From an uncultured delta proteobacterium (GTDB lineage Bacteria; Myxococcota; UBA727; VGSZ01), in contig CAVZJB010000005.1 in assembly GCA_963775425.1 (NCBI GenBank), forward strand, positions 728,605 through 792,604: 64,000 bases of DNA, read 5' to 3'. The notes below the pieces were generated by a model. It was not told the origin of the DNA, searched no databases, and saw only the letters and a program-made list of their open reading frames with translations. Numbering within the stretch: the stretch's first letter is position 1; every line of letters begins with the position of its first letter. Both the position numbers and the translations under genes were made by a program. Below are positions 19,821 through 29,208 of the stretch, piece after piece.

Positions 19821-22290
19821 CGACGTCCTGCCGGAGCCGCTGGAGAGCGAGGTGCGGACGCTGCTGCGACGCGGGGAGCACGCCGCCGCCGCCGCCGCGC
19901 TGTGGGCCCACGGCTACCCGCGACGCGCCGGGGCGATCTACGAGCACATCTTCGAGCACAAAAAGGCCCTCAACGCCTACGAGGCCGGCGGCGACATCGT
20001 CGGCGCCGTCCGCGCGGCGCTCGAGCTCGGCGACGTCACCGCGCTCGATCGGCTCGTGACGCTCGCGATCGCGTCGGGGCAGGGCGACGCGCTCATCGCA
20101 TCCCTGCAGCGCGCCGGGCGCGACGCCGAGGTCGCGCGGGTGCACATCGCGCGCGGTGACCCGCTCGCGGCGGCGGAGCTCTTCGAGAAGGCCGGCCAGC
20201 TCGACCGCGCCGCCGAGTGCCTCGAGGAGGCGGGCAAGGCGCGCGAGGCGGGCGTGCTCCTGGAGCGCCACCTGGAGACGCACCCCGGAGACATCGAGGC
20301 CGGGCTGCTCCTCGGCCGCGTCGTGGCCCGCTTCGGCCGCCACGACGACGCCATCGCCATCCTCCAGCGCGCGGTGTCGTCGTCACCGGAGCCCGACGTC
20401 ACCCTCGCGCGGGCGGCGCCCACGCTCATGGTCTCGTTCGTCCAGCTCGGCTACGAGGAGGCCGCGCGGACCGTGCTGCAGCGCTGGCAGGGCGCGTGGG
20501 GGCGCTTGCAGCAGGCCGAGCGCACGGCGCCCGCCGACGTCGTCGACGCCCCGCCGGAGAGCTTCGACCTGTTCCTGCGCTCGGAGCGGGCGGCGGCCCT
20601 CGCCGCCATCCAGACCGGCACCCCGGGGGTCGGCTTCGATTCGAAAGATGCACAAGCGTCGCAGGCAGACCTCGACGCCCTCTTCGGCACGGCTGGGCCC
20701 GGCGCCGGCGCCGGCCCCGAAGCCGGGCGCGAGCCGGGCGCCGCCGCGGCGGGTCAGGACACGCTGCTCCTCGCGGGCCGCTACCTCCTCGGCGAGCCCC
20801 TGGGCGGCGGCGGCGTCGGGCAGGTGTTTCGCGCGTTCGACGCCTTCGGCGACCGCCCTGTCGCCGTGAAGATCTTCGGCGCGCAGGTGTTGTCGTCGGA
20901 GGCGGTGCAACATTACGCCCGCGAGGCGCGCGCCTTCGCCAGCCTTCGCCACCCGGCCATCACGCCGCTCGTCGAGCTCAACATGGCGCAGGGGTTCGTG
21001 GTCACCGAGCTGGTGAACGCGCCCACCGTCGAGGAGCGCCTGCGCCAGGGCGGCGACGGCGGCTGGCTGATGCCGGCCGCGCGCGCGCTGCTCGATCTCC
21101 TGGCGAGCTGCCACCGCACCGGCCTCGTCCACGGCGGGCTCAAGCCCACCAACGTGTTCCTGATGCCCGCGGGCGTGCGCGTCGTCGACGTCGGCGCCCA
21201 TCGATTGCTTGCTTTGAGAAGTACCGAAACCGGAGGGCTCTCGTCGGTGTGGCCCTACCTCGCGCCCGAGCAGCTCTTCGGCGCGCCCGCCGCCGCCGCC
21301 GGCGACCTCTACGCCGTGGGCGCCATCCTCTACCGCGCGCTCACCGGGCGGCCGCCCTTCGCCCGCGCCGAGGACGATCGGCGCGAGCCCCCGCCGCGCG
21401 CGTCCACCGTGAACCCCGCGCTGCCGCCGGCGTGGGACGCGTTCCTCGAGCGCGCGCTCGAGCCCGACGCCGCCAAGCGCTTCGTCGACGCCGCCGAGAT
21501 GGACGCGGCGCTGCCGCCGCTGCCGGCCGGCTTCGCGCTGCCCGCGGCCGCGTCGCTCGGCGGCGATGCCGTGGGCGGCCAGGTGGTCGGCGCGTCGTCG
21601 CGCTACGCCAAGGGCGCGCTGGTGTTTCGCGAAGGGAAGAGCGTGCGCGTGTACGAGGGCACCGACCTCCTGCTCGAGCGCGCCGTGTGGCTCGTCGAGG
21701 CCGACGACTTCGAGGCGTTGGGCTCGCTCGTGGTCTGTGCGCGGCTGTGGCGCGGCGTTCAGCCGGTGTACGACGTCATCCCCGAGAAGAACCGCGTGGT
21801 CGTCGCCCGCGACCGCGGCGGCCGCCGCGCGGACCTCGAGGCGCTGCGCGCGGTGCCGCAGGGCTTGATGCGCGACCTCAACGGCGTGGCGCACGCGCTC
21901 GAGTGGTTCCACGAGCAGAGCCTGTGCTTCGGCGGCTTCCCCATCGAGCGCGCGCTCGGCCCCATCGGCCCGCGCCTGGCGCTGGCGCCGGCGCACCTGC
22001 CGCACGCCGCCACCGAGGAGGGCAAGCAGGCGGACTGGGACGCCTTCGGCGCGCTCGTCGACACCGCCCTCGACCTCGCCCCCGACCCCACGCTCGACGG
22101 CCGCGGGCGCGTGCTCGCCATGCTCCACGATCGCCGCCTGCTCGATCGCACCGACCTCGAGTCCCTCGGCGCCGAGGCGCAGTCGTTGACCAAGTGGCCG
22201 GCGTTCCTCGACGCCACCACCCAGCGCCTGGTGCAGGGCGCCTCGGCCCGCGTGGTCGCTCGCCTCGTGGCCAACGTGCTGCGCGGGTGA
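19813..22290 (+). CDS. TPR-containing Ser/Thr kinase-like protein, probable pseudokinase
   Basis: LGGGGVGQV, VAVK, YLAPEQ and DLYAVG present; HRD replaced by HGG and DFG by DVG; second degenerate kinase-like region. Confidence 0.8.
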   Translation: MSDDVLPEPLESEVRTLLRRGEHAAAAAALWAHGYPRRAGAIYEHIFEHKKALNAYEAGGDIVGAVRAALELGDVTALDRLVTLAIASGQGDALIASLQRAGRDAEVARVHIARGDPLAAAELFEKAGQLDRAAECLEEAGKAREAGVLLERHLETHPGDIEAGLLLGRVVARFGRHDDAIAILQRAVSSSPEPDVTLARAAPTLMVSFVQLGYEEAARTVLQRWQGAWGRLQQAERTAPADVVDAPPESFDLFLRSERAAALAAIQTGTPGVGFDSKDAQASQADLDALFGTAGPGAGAGPEAGREPGAAAAGQDTLLLAGRYLLGEPLGGGGVGQVFRAFDAFGDRPVAVKIFGAQVLSSEAVQHYAREARAFASLRHPAITPLVELNMAQGFVVTELVNAPTVEERLRQGGDGGWLMPAARALLDLLASCHRTGLVHGGLKPTNVFLMPAGVRVVDVGAHRLLALRSTETGGLSSVWPYLAPEQLFGAPAAAAGDLYAVGAILYRALTGRPPFARAEDDRREPPPRASTVNPALPPAWDAFLERALEPDAAKRFVDAAEMDAALPPLPAGFALPAAASLGGDAVGGQVVGASSRYAKGALVFREGKSVRVYEGTDLLLERAVWLVEADDFEALGSLVVCARLWRGVQPVYDVIPEKNRVVVARDRGGRRADLEALRAVPQGLMRDLNGVAHALEWFHEQSLCFGGFPIERALGPIGPRLALAPAHLPHAATEEGKQADWDAFGALVDTALDLAPDPTLDGRGRVLAMLHDRRLLDRTDLESLGAEAQSLTKWPAFLDATTQRLVQGASARVVARLVANVLRG

Positions 22291-22365
22291 GCGCCGCGGG
22301 GCGCGTGGATCGCACGCGCCGGCGCCCGCGGCGGTTCGTACACGCTCTCCCCGGGGGACGTGGCC

Positions 22366-23082
22366 ATGACGCAAGCTCGCAGCCTCGCCGGCGGCATCAT
22401 CGGGGTGGTCGGCGCCGTCGCGTTCATCGCGCTGGCGCTCGGGGCGTCGGTCCCGGCCCCGGCGTCGCATCGCGGCCCGTCGGCCGCGGCGGGGCAGGGC
22501 TCGCCGGCGACGGCGACGTCGACGTCGACGCAGGCGGCGCGCGCGATGCGCGTCGCGCGCGGCGACTACCTGGCGACGACGATGGGCTGCAAGGACTGCC
22601 ACACGCCGGGCTACTTCTACGGGGCCAGCGATCGCACGCGCGAGCTGTCGGGCAGCGAGCTCGGCTGGAGCGGGCCGTGGGGGACGAGCTACCCCTCGAA
22701 CCTCACGCCCGACATCCAGACCGGCCTCGGGAGCTGGAGCGACGCCGACATCGTGCGCGCCATCCGGACCGGCATCCGCCCCGACAGGACGGTGCTGCGC
22801 CCGCCGATGCCGTGGCCGAATTTCGCCGTGCTCACCGACGACGACGTCAACGCCATCGTCGCCTACCTCCGCACGCTCAAGCCCATCCGGCACCAGGAGC
22901 TGCCGGCGTTGCCGCCGAGCGTGGAGCCGCGGGGGCCGGCGTTCACGCTGCCGCCGCCGCCGCCGTGGGACGCCCCGCGCGCCGCCACCGGCACCGGCAG
23001 CGGCGCCGCCAATCCCGCCGACCGCGCCGGCGCCGCCGCCGTCGCCCCGAAGAAGGCGCCGCCGCACCGTGCGCGCCGGTGA
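22366..23082 (+). CDS. Monoheme c-type cytochrome
   Basis: ARGDYL..MGCKDCHTPG, NLTPD..TGLGSWSD, axial PPMPW, signal peptide. Confidence 0.88.
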   Translation: MTQARSLAGGIIGVVGAVAFIALALGASVPAPASHRGPSAAAGQGSPATATSTSTQAARAMRVARGDYLATTMGCKDCHTPGYFYGASDRTRELSGSELGWSGPWGTSYPSNLTPDIQTGLGSWSDADIVRAIRTGIRPDRTVLRPPMPWPNFAVLTDDDVNAIVAYLRTLKPIRHQELPALPPSVEPRGPAFTLPPPPPWDAPRAATGTGSGAANPADRAGAAAVAPKKAPPHRARR

Positions 23083-23149
23083 CGACGTCGACGAGCGGCG
23101 CACGATCGGTGGGAATGCGCTCCCTGCGCCGAGCGCTGCACGGGGTCGA

Positions 23150-23785
23150 ATGCGGCTCACCGTCGTCGCCGGAAGCGCGGTCGCGCTGCTGCTCCTCGCG
23201 GGGCGCATCGCCTGGACCGGCTCGACGCTGTTCTCGTTCCTCGCGTGGAACCTCGCCCTCGCGTGGCTGCCGCTGTTGACGTCGACGGCGCTGTCGCGTT
23301 GGGCGCCGCGGGGGAAGGCGGGCGCGCCGGTGCTCGTGGCGGCCGCCGTGGTGTGGCTGCTGTTGTTCCCGAACGCGCCCTACGTCGTGACCGACTTCAT
23401 GCACCTGCACCAGCACGCCAAGGTGCCGCTGTGGTTCGACCTCGCGATGCTGTTCGCGTTCGCGTGGGCGGCGGGCGCGTGCGGCCTGGTGTCGCTCCGC
23501 CAGATGCACGGCCTCGTGCGCGCGCGCGCCGGCGAGCTCGCCGGCGTCGCCTTCGTCGGCGCCACGGCGCTGTTGACGGGCTTCGGCATCTACCTCGGCC
23601 GCTTCGATCGCTGGAACAGTTGGGACGTTGTGACGCGCCCGCGGGCGCTGTTCGGCGGCGTCGTCGAGATCCTCGTCGATCCCGTGCACCACGCGCGCGC
23701 ATACGGCGTCACCGCCGTGTTCGCCGCGCTGCTGCTCGTCGCCTACGCCGCCGCCGCGCCGCCGGCGCCGCGCTCGAAGGGCTGA
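23150..23785 (+). CDS. DUF1361 family membrane protein
   Basis: WNLALAWLP, WLLLFPNAPYVVTDFMHL, GIYLGRFDRWNSWD. Confidence 0.85.
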   Translation: MRLTVVAGSAVALLLLAGRIAWTGSTLFSFLAWNLALAWLPLLTSTALSRWAPRGKAGAPVLVAAAVVWLLLFPNAPYVVTDFMHLHQHAKVPLWFDLAMLFAFAWAAGACGLVSLRQMHGLVRARAGELAGVAFVGATALLTGFGIYLGRFDRWNSWDVVTRPRALFGGVVEILVDPVHHARAYGVTAVFAALLLVAYAAAAPPAPRSKG

Positions 23786-24040
23786 CGCGGGGGGCGCGGT
23801 GGAGGGCTTCGGGCTTTTGCGCGCCGGTGGATCGCGGGGCGCCTCCGGGCCTGGAAGATCCGCTCATCGTGCTCGCCGTCCTTCGGTGCTCGCCGGCGCG
23901 TGTCGCCGGTCCGTCGCGTATCGGCCGGCGGCGGGAGCGGTTGCGCCGACGCGATCATGGCGCCGCTGTAGGTGTGACGCGCTTCAGCGGCGGACGCACG
24001 TCGACGGCGTGCCCAACCCGTCGTTCAGGCACCCCTCGGG

Positions 24041-24841
24041 CGCTACATCACCCTGCAAAACGCGCCCGACGCCGGCGGCCACGGTGACTTCATCCCGTTC
24101 TTCCTCGACGACATCGCCGCGGAGGAGCAGGCGCAGGGCAGGCGCCTCGTCGACGTCCTCGACCTGCATTGGTACCCCGAGGCCGTCGGCGACGGCGTCC
24201 GCATCAGCGACGTCGAAGACGCCACGGCGGCCGCCGCGCGTGTCCAGGCGCCGCGCTCGCTGTGGGACCCGAGCTACGCCGAGGACAGTTGGATCGTGAA
24301 CGACTACCTCGGCGGCCCCATCGACCTGCTGCCCACGCTCTTCGCGCTCATCGACGAGCACGACCCGGGCGTGAAGCTCTCCTTCTCCGAGTGGAACTAC
24401 GGCGGCGGCGACGACGTCTCCGGCGCCCTCGCCGCCGCCGACGTCCTCGGCGTCTTCGGGCGCGAAGGCGTGTTCGCCGCCACCTTCTTCCCCCTGCGCG
24501 GCGGCGAGCCCTTCAGCCACGCCGGCATCCGCGTGTTCACCAACTACGACGGCGCCGGCGCGTCCTTCGGCGCCACCTCGGTGCAGGCCGACACCAGCGA
24601 CCTCGAGCGCGTCACGGTCTACGCCTCCGACGACCCGCTCGTCATCGTCGCCGTCAACAAGTCCGCGTCCGCGTTGACCGCCGGCCTCACCGTGGCCGGG
24701 CCGCCGCTCGCGACGCTGCGCCGCTTCGTCCTCGACGGCGCCGCGCCCGCCATCGGCGCCGGCGACGCGGTCCAGGCGGCGGCGACGAACGCGTTCCTCG
24801 TGACGCTGCCGGCGTCGTCGGTGACCGTCTTCGCCCCGTAG
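24041..24841 (+). pseudogene. 5'-truncated glycoside hydrolase family 44 remnant
   Basis: RRLVDVLDLHWYPE, RVQAPRSLWDPSY.EDSWI, SEWNYGG, ADVLGVFGREG, FTNYDG; in-frame stops at 23969 and 23975 and no start before 24296. Confidence 0.75.
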
Positions 24842-24954
24842 CCTGGTCGTGATCGGGATGTGAATCCTCCGTTCCCGGATCGGTGTGCGCTCGATCGCGC
24901 CACGGTCCTCCGGGTGGCTGCGTAATCACGCCACCACCTGCAAGGAGGACCGTG

Positions 24955-26229
24955 ATGCGAACTCTCACCTCTCTCTGGCTCGCCCTTCCCCTCGTCTCCG
25001 CGCTCGCCGCCGCCTGCGCCGGCCCCGCCGGCCCCCAGGGCCCCGCGGGCCCCGCCGGCGCGGACGGCGCGGACGGCGCAGACGGCACGAACGGCACGAA
25101 CGGCGCGGACGGCGCCGACGGCGCCGACGGGCAAAACGGCGCGGACGGCCAAAACGGCGCCGACGGCCAGAACGGCCAGGACGGCGGCCTCAGCGCGTCG
25201 CCGGCGGTCTACGTGATGACCAACGACCCGACCGGCAACGGCATCATGGCGTTCGAGCGCGCGCCCGACGGCTCGCTCTACCTCATCGACACCTTCCCCA
25301 CCGGCGGCCTCGGCAGCGGCGGCGGCCTCGGCGACCAGTACGCCTTCGCGTTCGACGAGGCGCTCCAGCGCTTCTTCGTGGTGAACGCGGGCGACAGCAC
25401 CATCTCCATGCTCCAGTTGCTCGACTCCGACGGCAGCCTGCGCATCGTCGACGTCGTCGACGCCGGGGGCGTCGCGCCCGTCAGCATCACGGTGGACGGC
25501 GACCGCGTGTTCGTGGTCAACGCCGGTGACGCCGGGAACGCCGTGAACGCCAACATCGCCGGCTTCTCCGTCGACACCTACTCGCTCACGCCCATCGCGA
25601 ATTCGAGCCTGCCGCTGTCCGCCGCGAACCCCGGACCGGCCGCCATCCAGTTCACGCCCGACGGCACGCACCTCGTCGTCACCGAGAAGGGCACCAACCT
25701 CATCGACACCTTCGCCGTCGCCGCCGACGGCACCACGAGCGCCTTCCACGGGAACACCTCCGCGGGCCAGACCCCGTTCGGCTTCAGCTTCTCCGCCGAC
25801 GGCCAGCTCCTCGTCTCCGAGGCCGCGGGCGGCACCGCCGGGGCCTCCACCGTGAGCTCCTACACCATCGCCAGCAACGGCACGCTCACGCCGGTGACGA
25901 GCGCGCTGGCGCTGCAGCAGTCGGCGGCGTGCTGGGTGGCCGTGTCCGGGCCCTACGCCTGGACCACCAACACCGCCAGCGGCAACGTGAGCGGGCTCAA
26001 CATCGCCAGCGACGGCACCCTCAGCCTCATCGACGCCGACGGCAACAGCGGCGCCACGGGCGCGGGCCCCATCGACGAGGCCGTGAGCCCCGACGGCAAG
26101 TTCCTCTACGTCCTCGACAACGGCGCCCACGCCATCTCGAGCTTCGCCATCAACGCCGACGGCAGCCTCGACAAGCTCCCCGACGTCACCGACCTCCCCG
26201 CCGGCGTGCTCGGCCTCGTCGCCCGCTGA
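24955..26229 (+). CDS. Lipoprotein: collagen-like repeat plus lactonase-family beta-propeller
   Basis: AAGGAGG RBS, lipobox AAAC, 18 G-X-Y triplets, VYVMTN, TPDG/SPDGKFLYV blades, AACWV. Confidence 0.85.
   Translation: MRTLTSLWLALPLVSALAAACAGPAGPQGPAGPAGADGADGADGTNGTNGADGADGADGQNGADGQNGADGQNGQDGGLSASPAVYVMTNDPTGNGIMAFERAPDGSLYLIDTFPTGGLGSGGGLGDQYAFAFDEALQRFFVVNAGDSTISMLQLLDSDGSLRIVDVVDAGGVAPVSITVDGDRVFVVNAGDAGNAVNANIAGFSVDTYSLTPIANSSLPLSAANPGPAAIQFTPDGTHLVVTEKGTNLIDTFAVAADGTTSAFHGNTSAGQTPFGFSFSADGQLLVSEAAGGTAGASTVSSYTIASNGTLTPVTSALALQQSAACWVAVSGPYAWTTNTASGNVSGLNIASDGTLSLIDADGNSGATGAGPIDEAVSPDGKFLYVLDNGAHAISSFAINADGSLDKLPDVTDLPAGVLGLVAR
25021..25182 (+). repeat. Collagen-like (Gly-X-Y)18 coding repeat
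   Basis: GPA GPQ GPA GPA GAD ... GQN GQD. Confidence 0.9.
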
Positions 26230-26254
26230 CAGAGGGCGGGCGCGTCCCGCTCGC

Positions 26255-26296
26255 GAACGCACCGAGGCGGGGCCTGGTCCCCGCCTCGGTGCGTTC
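26255..26296. terminator. 18-bp perfect inverted repeat between convergent genes, probable bidirectional terminator
   Basis: GAACGCACCGAGGCGGGG-CCTGGT-CCCCGCCTCGGTGCGTTC. Confidence 0.75.
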
Positions 26297-26316
26297 ACCG
26301 TTACGACGGGCGCGCG

Positions 26317-29082
26317 TCACAGGCCGGCGTAGGAGAAGACGCCCGTGGCGGTGCCGACGACCTTGGTGTGGTCGGCGAGCACGGCGATGGCGCGGCAGTC
26401 GTTGCTGGGCAGGCCGTCGGCGGTGGTGATGGCCACCACGCTCGGGATCCCGGCGTCGACCCGGCCGAGGCCGTTGGTCGTCGCCGCCCAGGCCACCTCG
26501 TGGGCGGCGCCGCCGACGTCGACGAGGTCGACGGCGATGGCCCGGACGTCGTTCGAGGGCATGCCGTCCTGGGTGCGGAAGCAATCGTTGGCGCCCGTGA
26601 TCACGTCATGGCGCACCGCGCCCGCCTGCGTGGAGAACCACGCGTCGCCCGAGGGCGCCACCGTGACCGCGCGGACGCCGTCGCCGCCCGGGATGTCGAC
26701 ATTGGTGAACGTGGTGCCGTCGGCGCTCACGCTCGGCGCGGCCGGCGGCGTCATGGTCTGGACGCCCTGCGACGTCACCACCCAGACATCGCCGGTCACG
26801 GGATCGAACGCCACGTCGAGGACGCTCGAGCTGCGGAGCCGATCGCCCAGGCCGTCGCCCTGGCAGATCTGCTGGTGGGTGTCGCTCGCCCAGTCCGAGA
26901 ACATCAGGCACTGGCTCGTCGCCGTCACCGTGCGCCCGTCGGGGAGGACGGCGACCGCGCGGATGCTGTCGGTGTTGAGCGCGAGATCTCCTTCGCGGAA
27001 CACCTGGCAGCTCTGCAGCGTGGCGTCGCAGCCGAAGCCGAGGCCGTTCGACGTCGACACCATGATGGTGCCGTCGACGTAGACGGCCACGTCGCGCACG
27101 GTGTTGCCGGGGATGTCGGAGCTCCCCGTCGTGAACACGGTCGCGCCGCCGAGGTCGAGCGCCACGTCCACCGCGCCGTCGTTGGTCGAGGCCCACAGCG
27201 TGGCGCTGGCGGGGTCGAACAGCAGATCGTTCACCTGCGACCCCAGCGACCGCGCCTGAAACAGCGAAGAAAACGGCGCGCCGCCCGGCGTGGCGAAGAA
27301 GCTCACGGCGTCCGAGGCCGTGACGCCCGCGGAGTCGGTGGCGGCGAGCGTGACCGTGTGCTTGCCGGTGAGCATGCCGTTCGCGCTGATGCTCGCGCCG
27401 CTCCCGAGCGCGCCGTTTTGCGAGTCCGTCCACGACGGGACCAGGGCGCCGTCCTCGGCGTCCGTGGCCGTGCCCGCGAGGGCCACGGCCGCGCTGTTGT
27501 CGACGGTGCTCCCGTTCGTCGGCGACGGCGGTGAATCGATGGTCACCACGGGCGCGCTGTTGACGACGACGACCACGGCGTCGCTGGCGGTGTCGGCCCC
27601 GGCGGTGACCGTGAGCGTGACGGTGTGCGTGCCGCCGGACAGGTTGGCGAAGATGGTGTTGCCGGTGCCGAGCGCGCCGTCGAGGCTCGAGCTCCACGAG
27701 AGCGCGGCGCCGTTTTGCTGCCCGCCGGGCAGGGCGCAGCCCTCGCCGCTGAAGCGTTGGTTGTCGCCGAGGGCGATCACCGTCCCCGACGACGGGCTCG
27801 TGATCAGCGCCGCCGGTGACGTCAGAGTCAGGTTCACCGTCTGCGTCGCCGACGCGCCACGGCTGTCGGTGGCCTCGCACGTGAGCGCGTGCGCTCCGGC
27901 GATGCTCGGGCGGTACTGCGTGTTGCGCGACGTTGCGATCTCCGCGCCGTCCTCGAGCCAGCGGAAGGTCACGGCCTGGTTTTCGGGATCGACGGCGTTG
28001 CACGACAGCGAGATGGGCACGTCACACGCGCTGAAGATGGCGCCGTCGTTGGGCGCGTTGACGGTGACGGCGGGAGGTTGGTTCGGCTGCACCGTCACCT
28101 CCACCGACGCGCAGCCGGTGACGTTCTGCGGATCCACGGTGTCCGGCGCGCACACGGTCACCGTGAAGGTGCCGACGTCGACGAGGGCCTGTGTGACGGT
28201 GGCGCCGAAGCCCAGGGACGCGAGGCTCGGCATGTCGCTTTGCCAGTGGTAGTCCTGATTCGCGATGGCGCCGCTGCCGTCGCGGTCCACGCAGGTCGCC
28301 GTGAACGTCGCCGAGTCGCCCTGCACCACCACCGTGCCGTCCGGCGGCGCCGTGATGGTGCACAGGGGCGGCACGTTGTCGACGACGTGCACGATGATCG
28401 ACGTCGTCGCGGTGGCGCTGGCGGAGTCGGTGGCGGCGAGCGCGATGGTGTGGTCGCCGAGCGGCAGCGCCGTGGAGACCAGGGCGCCGGTGCCGAGGCT
28501 CTGCCCGTTGTCGGTCCACACCAGGGACGTCCCCGTGAGCGCGCCGTCCTCCGGATCCACGGCGGTGCCGTTGAACGTGATGGTCTCGCTCGACAGGAAG
28601 AAGCTGCCGTCGGCGGGCGCCGTGATGCTCACCGTGGGCAGTGCGTTTTCGAGCACGTCGACGGAGACGGAGGCTGTGCCGACGTTGCCGGCGCTGTCGG
28701 TGGCAGCGCAGGTGATGATGTGGGTGCCCGCGGTGATCAGGGCGTTCTGCACCGTGCCGCCGGTGCCGATGTGCCCCTCGAGATCCGAGGACCAATCGAT
28801 GGCGGCGTTGTCGAGGGGGCCGTCCTCGGCGTCGACGGCGGTGCAGGTGAACAGGATGCTCTCCCCCTGTGCGAAGCTCGCGCCGTCCGTCGGGGCCGTG
28901 ATGGTGACGACGGGGACGGTGTCTCCCTCTCCCTCGCCTTCCCCTTCGCCTTCCCCCTCGCCTTCGCCTTCTCCTTCTCCCTCCCCCTCGCCTTCTCCTT
29001 CGGCGGCGACGGGCGCCTCACAACTGCACCCCCAGAACGACGACAACGCGACAACGCAAACAGCAAGAGCAACAGCACGCAT
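26317..29082 (-). CDS. Large surface lipoprotein: (EG)13, about six Ig/PKD-like domains, C-terminal beta-propeller
   Basis: GGAGG RBS, FWGCSC lipobox, repeated PxVxIxxP..A.D.EDG..W.S..G.LG.G..G.H.I...ATD units, GLPSN.V blades. Confidence 0.85.
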   Translation of the reverse strand: MRAVALAVCVVALSSFWGCSCEAPVAAEGEGEGEGEGEGEGEGEGEGEGEGEGDTVPVVTITAPTDGASFAQGESILFTCTAVDAEDGPLDNAAIDWSSDLEGHIGTGGTVQNALITAGTHIITCAATDSAGNVGTASVSVDVLENALPTVSITAPADGSFFLSSETITFNGTAVDPEDGALTGTSLVWTDNGQSLGTGALVSTALPLGDHTIALAATDSASATATTSIIVHVVDNVPPLCTITAPPDGTVVVQGDSATFTATCVDRDGSGAIANQDYHWQSDMPSLASLGFGATVTQALVDVGTFTVTVCAPDTVDPQNVTGCASVEVTVQPNQPPAVTVNAPNDGAIFSACDVPISLSCNAVDPENQAVTFRWLEDGAEIATSRNTQYRPSIAGAHALTCEATDSRGASATQTVNLTLTSPAALITSPSSGTVIALGDNQRFSGEGCALPGGQQNGAALSWSSSLDGALGTGNTIFANLSGGTHTVTLTVTAGADTASDAVVVVVNSAPVVTIDSPPSPTNGSTVDNSAAVALAGTATDAEDGALVPSWTDSQNGALGSGASISANGMLTGKHTVTLAATDSAGVTASDAVSFFATPGGAPFSSLFQARSLGSQVNDLLFDPASATLWASTNDGAVDVALDLGGATVFTTGSSDIPGNTVRDVAVYVDGTIMVSTSNGLGFGCDATLQSCQVFREGDLALNTDSIRAVAVLPDGRTVTATSQCLMFSDWASDTHQQICQGDGLGDRLRSSSVLDVAFDPVTGDVWVVTSQGVQTMTPPAAPSVSADGTTFTNVDIPGGDGVRAVTVAPSGDAWFSTQAGAVRHDVITGANDCFRTQDGMPSNDVRAIAVDLVDVGGAAHEVAWAATTNGLGRVDAGIPSVVAITTADGLPSNDCRAIAVLADHTKVVGTATGVFSYAGL
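28924..29001 (-). repeat. (Glu-Gly)13 coding repeat
   Basis: 78-nt tract with mixed synonymous codons. Confidence 0.92.
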
Positions 29083-29208
29083 GGTGACCTCCACCTTGGG
29101 CTGCTACGCATGCTGTTGCATGCTGCGATCTCACACGCTGTTTACATACGCACGGGGACTTCCGTCGATCGCGATCGGCGTCGTCTCGCGTAGCTCTCGA
29201 GGTACTGC

